DNA of 64,000 nucleotides from an uncultured Candidatus Saccharibacteria bacterium (GTDB lineage Bacteria > Patescibacteriota > Minisyncoccia > Phycocordibacterales > CAIZLB01). A program made the translations under genes and the position numbers. The stretch is taken from assembly GCA_964550955.1 (NCBI GenBank), contig CAZKAF010000001.1:174728-238727 (forward strand). Reading direction: 5' to 3'. Shown piece by piece: positions 28,161 to 36,800 of this stretch (position 1 is the first letter of the stretch; each line of letters opens with the position of its first letter). Below the pieces are notes generated by a model, which saw only the letters and a program-made list of their open reading frames with translations, ran no database searches and was not told where the DNA came from.

Positions 28161-28703
28161 ATGAAAAAACTGATTGCGCTTCTCATATTCTTAATAATCG
28201 CTCTTGTTGCTTATAATACGCGAGATAATTTTTGGGCTAAAGATCAGGACGAGCGCGTGCAGGCGACCGATGCCATGAATTATGTGTTCCTTTCGGGCAA
28301 AAAAGGCAGTCCGATACTTCCGATAAAAACAGCCTATACTTCAAAGGCGGACATGAGCATCATTTCGTCTACTTACATAGAGCAAACCAATCTTGATCTC
28401 AGCAAGATTGAAACCGGAGATGAGGTGTCGATAGTGTCATGGGATGGAAGGGCAATTGAGGGCAGAGTTGATTTATTCGAGAGCGGAAACATGATGACGG
28501 GCGGACGTCTGGAAGAATTTAAAAGAGTGGCTGGACAGCTGAAAGAGGGAGGGGCATATTCGTTAACATTGGATAAGGACTTTAAAGTAACCGCCGGGAC
28601 TATCTTCGGATTCACCGGAAAATACTTTTTTACTATCAAGAAAGATTCTGATGGCAAGTTGGTGATGGATGAAAGGCCGCGAGAGGCGGTGGTGTCTGAA
28701 TAG
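28161..28703 (+). CDS. hypothetical secreted/membrane-anchored protein
   Basis: 180 aa with an N-terminal hydrophobic anchor (LIALLIFLIIALVAY). No motif. Confidence 0.5.
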   Translation: MKKLIALLIFLIIALVAYNTRDNFWAKDQDERVQATDAMNYVFLSGKKGSPILPIKTAYTSKADMSIISSTYIEQTNLDLSKIETGDEVSIVSWDGRAIEGRVDLFESGNMMTGGRLEEFKRVAGQLKEGGAYSLTLDKDFKVTAGTIFGFTGKYFFTIKKDSDGKLVMDERPREAVVSE

Positions 28704-28749
28704 GTAGAAATTATCCGCTCGGGCAGCATCAGGGCAATAATCCAGCGAT

Positions 28750-28787
28750 TTTGCATGGCTACGCAATTTGAGGAAAAGAGATATAAT
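28750..28787 (+). promoter_or_regulatory. 38-nt repeated promoter-like element, copy B
   Basis: One mismatch to copy A. TATAAT lies 7 nt before the ATG at 28795. Confidence 0.5.
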
Positions 28788-28794
28788 TCAAGGC

Positions 28795-29823
28795 ATGGAA
28801 AAACAATCCCGCATACGCTTCCTCAATCAGCCCAAGCCTCTTGCTGAACGCGCTTCAGGGTACGAGAAGGATGAATATGAACGAAAGATGGCCCTCATTC
28901 CTTGCGTGGAACACTTTCTTTCATCTAATGACAGCTTTAAAGGCAAGGACGTTTCCGTTACCTTTCCCCATACGGGGGTATCTTCGCTTGTATGCATATT
29001 GGAAGCTGACGGTGAAAAAACCGTACTCAAAATCCCCGTTAGCATCAACCTTCCCGAAGGCGAATCCGATTGCCTGAAAAGCTGGGAGCTGGTCGGCGTC
29101 AGCGTGCCGCATGTTATCCAAGAGGGGATGATCGAAGGCCGACCGTACATTCTCATGTCCCATATTGATGCCGTGCGCTTGATGGATGTTCCTGCCGAGA
29201 AAGCGGACAAGGAAATATACATGAAGCTCGGCAGGACGCTTCGCCAAATGCATCAGTCCAAAGCTTGCGGTTACGGGCGCATTAAAAATCACAAAGCCGA
29301 GCATGTTCAATTCAGGGATTGGCTTAATAGTGAATATGAACAAAGGATGATCAATCACGTGCGCGCTCGAAATATCATAGATGACGAGAAGCACGGATCC
29401 TTGTCGAAGGCTTTGGAAATATTAACCATGTACGTCGAATCGAATCCGCAGAGCGCGTACTGCCATCATGATTTCAGTACGGGCAGCACATTCGCCACCG
29501 ATCCGATTGCCGTCTTTGATCCCAACCCTTTGATCAATCATCCGATCATTGATATTGCCCGCAGCGTTGTCTTGATTGCCGGAAGCGGACCGAATGAAAA
29601 TGTCAGGCAATTCATTGATCAAATGATGGAAGGATACTTTGGCGAAGAAGCGCACGACAAGCAGGCTTTCCAGGCGGCCATACTATTGAATGCGCATTCA
29701 AAAATCTTTAACTGGCGTAATTCCGGACGAACTCAAAATATTGAGAACATGCTCGCGTATTTATCTGAAACTAAGCATTTGTTGTCCTGGCAAGGACCGA
29801 TGAAAGGCAGGGTTATCGAATGA
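28795..29823 (+). CDS. phosphotransferase-family kinase (APH / choline-kinase-like fold)
   Basis: CHHDFSTGSTF (HxD catalytic loop), a downstream DPNP (DFG-like) motif, and DIA. The ATG at 28795 is preferred; the ORF-track start at 28768 is a TTG inside the repeat. Confidence 0.7.
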   Translation: MEKQSRIRFLNQPKPLAERASGYEKDEYERKMALIPCVEHFLSSNDSFKGKDVSVTFPHTGVSSLVCILEADGEKTVLKIPVSINLPEGESDCLKSWELVGVSVPHVIQEGMIEGRPYILMSHIDAVRLMDVPAEKADKEIYMKLGRTLRQMHQSKACGYGRIKNHKAEHVQFRDWLNSEYEQRMINHVRARNIIDDEKHGSLSKALEILTMYVESNPQSAYCHHDFSTGSTFATDPIAVFDPNPLINHPIIDIARSVVLIAGSGPNENVRQFIDQMMEGYFGEEAHDKQAFQAAILLNAHSKIFNWRNSGRTQNIENMLAYLSETKHLLSWQGPMKGRVIE

Positions 29824-29924
29824 TCTGCATCCTGATTGCCTGATTCCGCGGAAGATAGTACTATCTTGGCAGATCGCACCCAAGCAACAATCAACCTTAA
29901 CAGCGATCCTGGAAAGATACCGCC

Positions 29925-30059
29925 ATGGCAAGACAAGCGCACGATCGTGGCCTGCAGAAGCAGACCAAGAATTACCCAAGCTTCACGGCGGCACGCCGGA
30001 GAAGAAGGGCTCATAAGGCGAATCGTCGCCGACTCCAACAGGGAGGGAGGTCATTCTGA
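29925..30059 (+). CDS. possible small arginine-rich protein (44 aa, MARQAHDRGLQKQTKNYPSFTAARRRRRAHKANRRRLQQGGRSF)
   Basis: An ATG preceded by GGAAAG, with a strong intrinsic terminator 45 nt downstream. There is no homology I can assign. Confidence 0.3.
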   Translation: MARQAHDRGLQKQTKNYPSFTAARRRRRAHKANRRRLQQGGRSF

Positions 30060-30102
30060 TTATCGGTGACGGGTTCGGCTGCCCTTACGGGGCTTCAACG
30101 AG

Positions 30103-30155
30103 GCCGCCGACTTCATGCGCATTCGCGCGAAGTCGGCGGCTTTTGTCTTTTGATT
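30103..30155 (+). terminator. strong rho-independent terminator
   Basis: 12-bp stem GCCGCCGACTTC…GAAGTCGGCGGC followed by TTTTGTCTTTTGATT. Confidence 0.6.
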
Positions 30156-30596
30156 CGCCTGCGCGAGAGCCTGCTTGAGCCTTCGGGCTGGCAGCTTCCC
30201 GGGTCTTGGGCCGGAGCATCTCGGGCATGCCAGCTGAGCTTCGCGTCATTGAATAATGCCCGCGGGCGTAGTAGCATTATTGCAGACATTCGATTGTTCC
30301 TTGCTGCTTAACGCGGCATTTTCATGCAAAAAAACCAGGCAAGATAGAAAGAACCGAACCATGCCCCAAGCACATGACCCCGGCAGAATCAAAAGAGTCA
30401 AGCAGATGCTGAGAAAGCGGCAAAAAGCCGAAACGAAAGCGCACTTCGACCATTCGTTCCATTCGCGAGACATGACAGTTCTCGGAGATATCTGGGAAGG
30501 CCGATTTCGCCGCGAGAATCGAGCTGCGGCTCATGCGCACGACTCTCGCCGGTCGGACTTCTGACCCTCGCTCAGCCGGCAGATTTTCTGCCAACC

Positions 30597-30637
30597 AAAA
30601 ACCCCTTTCCGCACAAAGCGTGGATAGGGGTTTGTTT
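30597..30637 (-). terminator. intrinsic terminator downstream of the yqeY-like gene
   Basis: On the minus strand the stem AAACCCCT…AGGGGTTT is followed by TTTGGTTGG. Confidence 0.5.
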
Positions 30638-30677
30638 AATGCAAACGGGCCATGCCCGAGATTGTCGAGCCCTAAAT

Positions 30678-31130
30678 CTAAAACAAGCTTTCAAGCACTT
30701 CTTTCACGTCCGTTCCGTCGGCCTTTCCTTTGAGATCCTTCATCAGGGCGCTCATGAGCATGCCTTGCTTTGACTTGTCATCAATGCCGAGCTCAGCTTT
30801 CTTTGCTTCGGCGATAGTCTTGATTTCATCTTTTGACATCATCTGGGGAAGGTATACTTCAAGAAGCGCAAGTTCTGCCTGCTCGGACTCGGCAAGTTCC
30901 GGCCGTCCGGCATTCGTGAACTGCTCGATGGCGTCCTTTCGCTGCTTGACCGCTCTTCGGATGACGGCAGTCGTCTCTTCGTCCGAAAGGGCGTCCTGCG
31001 GAGTTCGGCCGAGCGAGACAAGCTCGTTGGTAAAAGAGCTCATGAGGCCCCGGATAACCGTCAGTCGAACGGCGTCCTTTGCCATCATGGCTTCCTTTAA
31101 GCTCGCCTTTATCGTTTCTTGAAGTGACAT
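30678..31130 (-). CDS. yqeY: GatB/YqeY-domain protein
   Basis: 150 aa. LKEAMMAKD…LSDEE…VKQRKDAIEQF…AGRPELAE…YLP matches the YqeY family pattern. Confidence 0.8.
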   Translation of the reverse strand: MSLQETIKASLKEAMMAKDAVRLTVIRGLMSSFTNELVSLGRTPQDALSDEETTAVIRRAVKQRKDAIEQFTNAGRPELAESEQAELALLEVYLPQMMSKDEIKTIAEAKKAELGIDDKSKQGMLMSALMKDLKGKADGTDVKEVLESLF

Positions 31131-31153
31131 ATGTGTTATAATCTCAATTAAAT

Positions 31154-32371
31154 ATGAATAATTCTTTGGTGCTTATTGTAGCCTTAATCCTTGTCATTAT
31201 CAATCTTGCGGCCGTCATCTATTTCTTCAGAAGGCAATCTCAAAATGCCGGCGCGCCTCAGGACATTTTCGGATTCGGCACGGGAACGGGCGCGGGAGCG
31301 AACGGCCAAGCCGGAGGAGGGGAGAATCATCCGGCGCTCCAGCTGCTGCTTCAGCAAATCAATGAGCTCGGCAGGACCGTCGATGCGCGGGTAAGCGACG
31401 TGACCAAGACCATCGACTCGAAGATGCACGACATGGGACGGAACGTGGACTCGAAGCTCGGCGAGTCGCACAAGCAGATGCAGGACACGGTTCGATATCA
31501 GACGGGGGAATCGTTCAAGCTGCTCAAGGACGTGACGGAGCGCCTGACAAAGCTCGACGAGACGAACAAGCAGGTTGTCTCTTTCGCCGATCAGCTCCAA
31601 AGCCTTCAGGACATCCTGAAGAATCCCAAGCAGCGAGGCATTCTCGGCGAATATTATCTTGAGACGCTCCTGAAGAACGTCATGCCCACGGGCAGCTTTC
31701 AGATGCAGTACGCATTCAAGGACGGGACCATCGTGGACGCCGCGGTTTTCGTGAAAGACAAGGTCATTCCGATCGACTCGAAGTTCAGCCTCGAGAATTA
31801 CAATCGGCTGGCAGAGGAACGCGACCCTGTCGAGCGGGAGCGGCTGGAGAAAGTCTTCAAGAACGACCTCAAGAACCGCATAGACGAAACGTCCAAGTAC
31901 ATCAAGCCGGAAGAAAACACCATGGAGTTCGCGTTCATGTTCATTCCGCATGAAGCCATTTACTACGACCTGCTCGTGGCGCAAGTCGGCTCGGTGAAAA
32001 TCAACACGAGGGATCTCATCGAATACGCGTTCAAGGACAAGCGGGTAATCATCGTGTCGCCGACTTCGTTCCTGGCTTACCTTCAGACCGTGCTTCAGGG
32101 CTTGAAGGCGATGCAGATAGAAGAATCGGCCAAGGAGATCCGCAAGCGGGTAGAGGAGCTCGGCACGCACATAAAGAGCTACGATCAGTACATGTCTTCA
32201 TTGGGCAAGTCGCTCGGAACCACGGTGAATCATTACAACAAGGCTCACAATGAGCTCAAGAAAATAGACAAGGATGTCATGCGCATCACGGCCGAAGGCG
32301 GAGCGGCGCTTGCGGCGACCATAGAGCCGCTTGTCATCGAGCGTCCGGACATGGATGGCGCGGAGGAATAA
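31154..32371 (+). CDS. rmuC: DNA recombination protein RmuC
   Basis: N-terminal TM, a long coiled coil, and the RmuC C-terminal region (YYLETLLKNVMP, FMFIPHEAIYYDLL). Confidence 0.85.
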   Translation: MNNSLVLIVALILVIINLAAVIYFFRRQSQNAGAPQDIFGFGTGTGAGANGQAGGGENHPALQLLLQQINELGRTVDARVSDVTKTIDSKMHDMGRNVDSKLGESHKQMQDTVRYQTGESFKLLKDVTERLTKLDETNKQVVSFADQLQSLQDILKNPKQRGILGEYYLETLLKNVMPTGSFQMQYAFKDGTIVDAAVFVKDKVIPIDSKFSLENYNRLAEERDPVERERLEKVFKNDLKNRIDETSKYIKPEENTMEFAFMFIPHEAIYYDLLVAQVGSVKINTRDLIEYAFKDKRVIIVSPTSFLAYLQTVLQGLKAMQIEESAKEIRKRVEELGTHIKSYDQYMSSLGKSLGTTVNHYNKAHNELKKIDKDVMRITAEGGAALAATIEPLVIERPDMDGAEE

Positions 32372-32441
32372 AAGGAGTAAGATATATATAATAAATGAGG
32401 CCCTGACTCTGCGCAGTGCACGCAACATGCATACATAACAT

Positions 32442-33230
32442 ATGAAAAAATTCATCATCTTCCTCGTATTCGTAATAGTCCTCTCAATCATCGTCCTCCC
32501 TTTGATCCTGGTCGGCCTCGGAAGACTTAAGAATCCCGTTGATCAGTTCGCGCAGAACTCCGCGCCCGGCCGCGTTCAAGGAGGCGGCGGGGCTCAAACC
32601 ATAAACTACATACCTCAGTCAGGCACGTTTGCCGGACCAAGCAGCGCATCGCTTCAAAGGCAGGAAACATTAAAGCAGGTGGCCGCCTGCTTTTCCGGCA
32701 GTACTCATGAGGTTGAGGCGCGTTATGCGGTAACCGAGAATGAGGAGAAGAAAAATTTGCTCAAAATATCAGGCGCGGCGGAATGGACTTTGAATGGATA
32801 CGAGCTTAAGCAGGTTCCGATGACGGGCTCGCTCGGCTCGCAGGGATTCACGCTCGATGTTTTCCAAATGAACCCGGCATGCGAACTTTCCGATGCGCAG
32901 CTGCTTGCCGAGCTTCATGATAGCGGAGAGTTCAGCAGGCTTGTCGATACGGACGGATTCACGCTCACCAATCAGGGCGCGTCAAGAATTAGCGGCCTTG
33001 AATATCGGTGGAAGCTGTATGAATTGAACACCCAGCTCGACCTTAGAAGCGCGAAGAAGGATAATTCTTTCAGCGCGATTTATCATGCATTTTATGGCAA
33101 GAGGCTGATTTCGTTCCAGTTTCATGGGACGACCAAGGTGTTTGCCAATGAGCGCGATTTTCTCAGGCAGACGCAGGCTTGGCTTACCGGGGTAAGGTAC
33201 CTGCCCATGGTTCCAGAAGCCAGGATTTAG
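32442..33230 (+). CDS. hypothetical secreted protein
   Basis: 262 aa with an N-terminal signal/anchor. No motif. Confidence 0.5.
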   Translation: MKKFIIFLVFVIVLSIIVLPLILVGLGRLKNPVDQFAQNSAPGRVQGGGGAQTINYIPQSGTFAGPSSASLQRQETLKQVAACFSGSTHEVEARYAVTENEEKKNLLKISGAAEWTLNGYELKQVPMTGSLGSQGFTLDVFQMNPACELSDAQLLAELHDSGEFSRLVDTDGFTLTNQGASRISGLEYRWKLYELNTQLDLRSAKKDNSFSAIYHAFYGKRLISFQFHGTTKVFANERDFLRQTQAWLTGVRYLPMVPEARI

Positions 33231-33244
33231 GCGCATAACAGCCT

Positions 33245-33274
33245 ATTGCAAGCCTTTGCGAGATGAGGTATACT
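33245..33274 (+). promoter_or_regulatory. sigma70-like promoter of rplU (TTGCAA-17 nt-TATACT), -10 about 8-9 nt from the ATG
   Basis: Near-consensus hexamers with optimal spacing, and no Shine-Dalgarno before the ATG. Confidence 0.45.
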
Positions 33275-33282
33275 GGCAACCT

Positions 33283-33657
33283 ATGGCAACAGCTACAACA
33301 AAAACAGCTCCAAAATCTACTGAAAAAGCTTCATCCGAAGGCTTTGCGGTTATTAAAACGGGAGGCAAGCAGTACCGAGTTTCTGCTGGCGACATTATCA
33401 AGATTGAGAAAATGGAAGGCGAGTTCAGCGTAGGGGACAAGGTGACATTCGGCGAAGTTCTCCTTACCGACTCCGGTTCGGACACGGTAGTCGGCGCTCC
33501 TTTCGTCGCAGGCGCAAAAGTGACAGGCGAGATCACGAAGATCGACCGAAACCCGAAGCTTATCGTCGCCCGATACATCCAGAAGAACCGGTCAGGCTTC
33601 AAGAAAAACGGTCACCGACAGCCATACTTCATGGTCAAGATCAACGCTATCGCGTAA
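33283..33657 (+). CDS. rplU: 50S ribosomal protein bL21 with short Ala/Thr/Lys-rich N-terminal extension
   Basis: FAVIKTGGKQYRVSAGD…IEK core. The ATG at 33283 is preferred; the ORF-track start at 33256 is a TTG inside the -10 region. Confidence 0.85.
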   Translation: MATATTKTAPKSTEKASSEGFAVIKTGGKQYRVSAGDIIKIEKMEGEFSVGDKVTFGEVLLTDSGSDTVVGAPFVAGAKVTGEITKIDRNPKLIVARYIQKNRSGFKKNGHRQPYFMVKINAIA

Positions 33658-33817
33658 TCTCGCATCATAAAGAAATAAAATCTCCTCTTTGAAACAGGCC
33701 GCCCCGATCGGGCGGTTTTTTTCTTGCTCGACACCCCTGAATTTCCTGCAAATGGCCTAAGATATGTGGAAAACAAAAGCGAAAAGCGCCATTTTTCATA
33801 TATAATTAAGCATAGCA

Positions 33818-36800
33818 ATGAAAGCCTTTTTCTCGTATCCGGTAAGAAACTTCGCGGCTCTCTGTCTGACGCTCGGTCTCATTCTCGCCCCCAACGCATC
33901 TCTTCTTGCTCAGGTAGGCGACAGCAGTCTCACGTTCCTTCAGCGCCTCAGATGCGCATTCAACCCCGTGCTTCTGGTGGTTCCTTTGCCCGGCTATTGT
34001 TACCGGGTTGATATTGCGGATGACACTTCGGCTGCCGCTTCGACGTCGGAGTCGGAAACGTCGGCTCTTGCAAGCATCCTGCAACCAAGGGGCATGGCGG
34101 CGCCTGCGGCTCATGTTCCCTCCAGCGCGGAAATTCCTGCTGCGACGACGCGAGCTGAAGGCATTTCCTCTTCAGGGCAGCGGCCTGTATACGTCACGAA
34201 TACTCTGTATCGAACCGATCCGGACGCGGTAACTCGCCAGCAATTGGAGCAAAGGCTCCAGCTGTTCAAGAATACGCTTCCCGTGACGGTTACGGCTACA
34301 GGCTATTCAGCCCCGACTTACGCTTCTTATTCATGGACCAATCCGCCGCCAAACATGGCATCCGCGGAGTATGTCAATTCAAGGGTGTCCGAGAGTTTCT
34401 CTTCCCTGGCGCTTCGCATCGATGACATTGAGCAGAATCAGCAGGGCACATCCAGCCCTTCGCAGTGGGCTGACGGAATCGCGGGCATTTCATATACGGG
34501 AGGGAATGTCGGAATCGGCACTACCACCCCTCCGTTCACCCTGACCGTAGCAATGCCGAGCGGGGAGCAGGCGTTCTTTGTCACTTCGAGCGGAGCTGCG
34601 GGAAATAGCACCGCAAATCCTCTTGATGCTACCGGCGTCGGCCTTACGCCGAGGAGGTTTTCATGGGAGGTTCCTGGGGCGGGATCTGGCTGGGGTGCAC
34701 GTTTCTCGAATGCCGGCACAGGAAATTTTAAGAACGTTCTCTTCCTTTCTGCCGCATCAACTTCTACATTCAGTTATATCCTGAGTGCTGAAAGCGGCGG
34801 CGTCAGCAGGTTCATCGTGAAGGCAAACGGCAGAGTCGGCATCAATACGGCCGCCCCGTCGAGCATGCTCGATATCAGGGCGATGAATGGGGATACTGAC
34901 CTTTTTTCTGTCACATCTTTTAATAATAATCCGTCTCTCGTTGTAAGGAATACCGGCTTGGTCGGAATCGGAACCGGCAATCCAGACGCAAGGCTTCATG
35001 TTTTGTCTGCAGCCACGAACGCTGCCACGCTTGTTGCCCAGGCCACTACTTCCCAGGCAGCATCCGTCCTTGATGTTCGGGATTCCACGGGAATCTCACT
35101 TCTCAACGTGCTGCCGGGAGGTAATGTCGGCATGGGCACCGCTTCGCCGAACCATCTCTTGGAGGTTTCCCATGCGGGCACGGCCGACTTCCTGGGCGTA
35201 GGGGCTTTCTTTGCGCCGAACAACACTACGGCCGGATACGCGACGCAGCTTAAGTTTGGCGTGAGCAATACGATGGGCAACAGCGCGGAATGGCGATACG
35301 TTCATCAGGGAAGCGACAACAACGCAAACCGGATTGACTTTGGATTCAACGGATACGCATCTCCTGTGCTTTCGTATAACAAGGCCGGCAATGTAGGTAT
35401 CGGCACCACAACACCAGCACAAAAACTTTCAGTCGCTGGCGGTATGCGACTCACTGGAGCGTTCTTCGACGGTGCAAATACGAGCGGCACAGCGGGCATG
35501 GTTTTGCAAACTACAGGCACTGGCACGCAATGGGTGGCCACTTCGTCATTGGGCATCTCCGGCGGCGAGTCGTCGCAATGGACAACCTCCGGATCTGACA
35601 TTTATTATGATGCAGGAAAGGTGGCGGTAGGGACGACTACGGCCTGGGATGACTTTACCGTCAGCTTGAATGGCGGAAAGAGAATGTCCATGGGTGCCGA
35701 CTCGAACAATTATCTCGCATGGGGGTTCACGAGCGGCGGCTACAGTTCAGTTCCAAGTTATGCCAATGCGGGCGGTACTGGCAATAGGACATCGCTCATT
35801 ACGGTATCCGGAACACTTACTCTTGCGGTTGGAGCACCTTCACGATTGGTAAACGGAGATATTTCGGCAAACGCTGCTTATTTTACAAACAATGAATCTG
35901 TGGCAGGCAAGTATCTTGTGTTCGACTTCGGCGTGGATGCGTCGAAAGTTATCACTGAAGCAAGATTTTACCAGAACCCTGCCATTTCTCAAGGAACGTT
36001 CAATTGGCAAGGGTCGAATGACGGCAACACCTGGACAGATATTGGCTCAAGCTTTGTTCTTGGTGGAAATACGGTGCAAACCATTACGACTCTTTCGGAA
36101 AATACTACAGGCTATCGATATTATCGAATCCTTGGATTGTCCGGGACGACGAATTGGAATTCCTACATACATCAGTTTGAGTTTCAGATTGATGATTTTC
36201 AAACAGCAACCTATGCCTCTGGGCAAACATATTCAATTGATGGTGTTTCGGCTGCCGGTACTGTTGCGCTTCAGTCGTCTGGCGGCAGCGTGGGAATTGG
36301 TACCGTGTCCGCATTGTCCAAGCTCGATGTTAACGGAAATGTATCCATCGGATCATATGCTGGAACAATAGCGGCGCCAGTAAACGGCTTGATTGTGAGC
36401 GGCAACGTGGGTATTGGCACTACGACTCCTGCCAGCAAGCTTTCGGTTGCCGGAAGCGCATTTATCGGCGGCGATTTGGTCGCAACAGGCAGCATCACCT
36501 TCGGCAATTTTAATATGAATGCTGTGGCAACGTGCGGTCAGCAATACCATACCTTTATCGGCTCCATCGGAGACGTCGGCGGCGATCAGTGCGCGGCCCT
36601 GAACGTGACTCAGCAGGATACGAACGGAAATGTTATTTACCGCTTCGGCGGAGTCGGCCAAGCATGGGCTGGTGAATTTTATGCCAACAGCTCTCTGGTT
36701 GGAATGAACACTAAGGGTGGCATCCCCCTCAGCTTTCAGATCGGCCAGACTGAGGCGATGAGGGTTGCGACAAACGGCAACGTGGGCATAGGAACGACGA

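Noticed and set aside
33256-33282. ORF-track start of rplU at 33256 (TTG)
   Set aside because: That codon lies inside the predicted -10 hexamer TATACT and promoter spacer. The ATG at 33283 gives the canonical bL21 N-terminus region and a leaderless arrangement.
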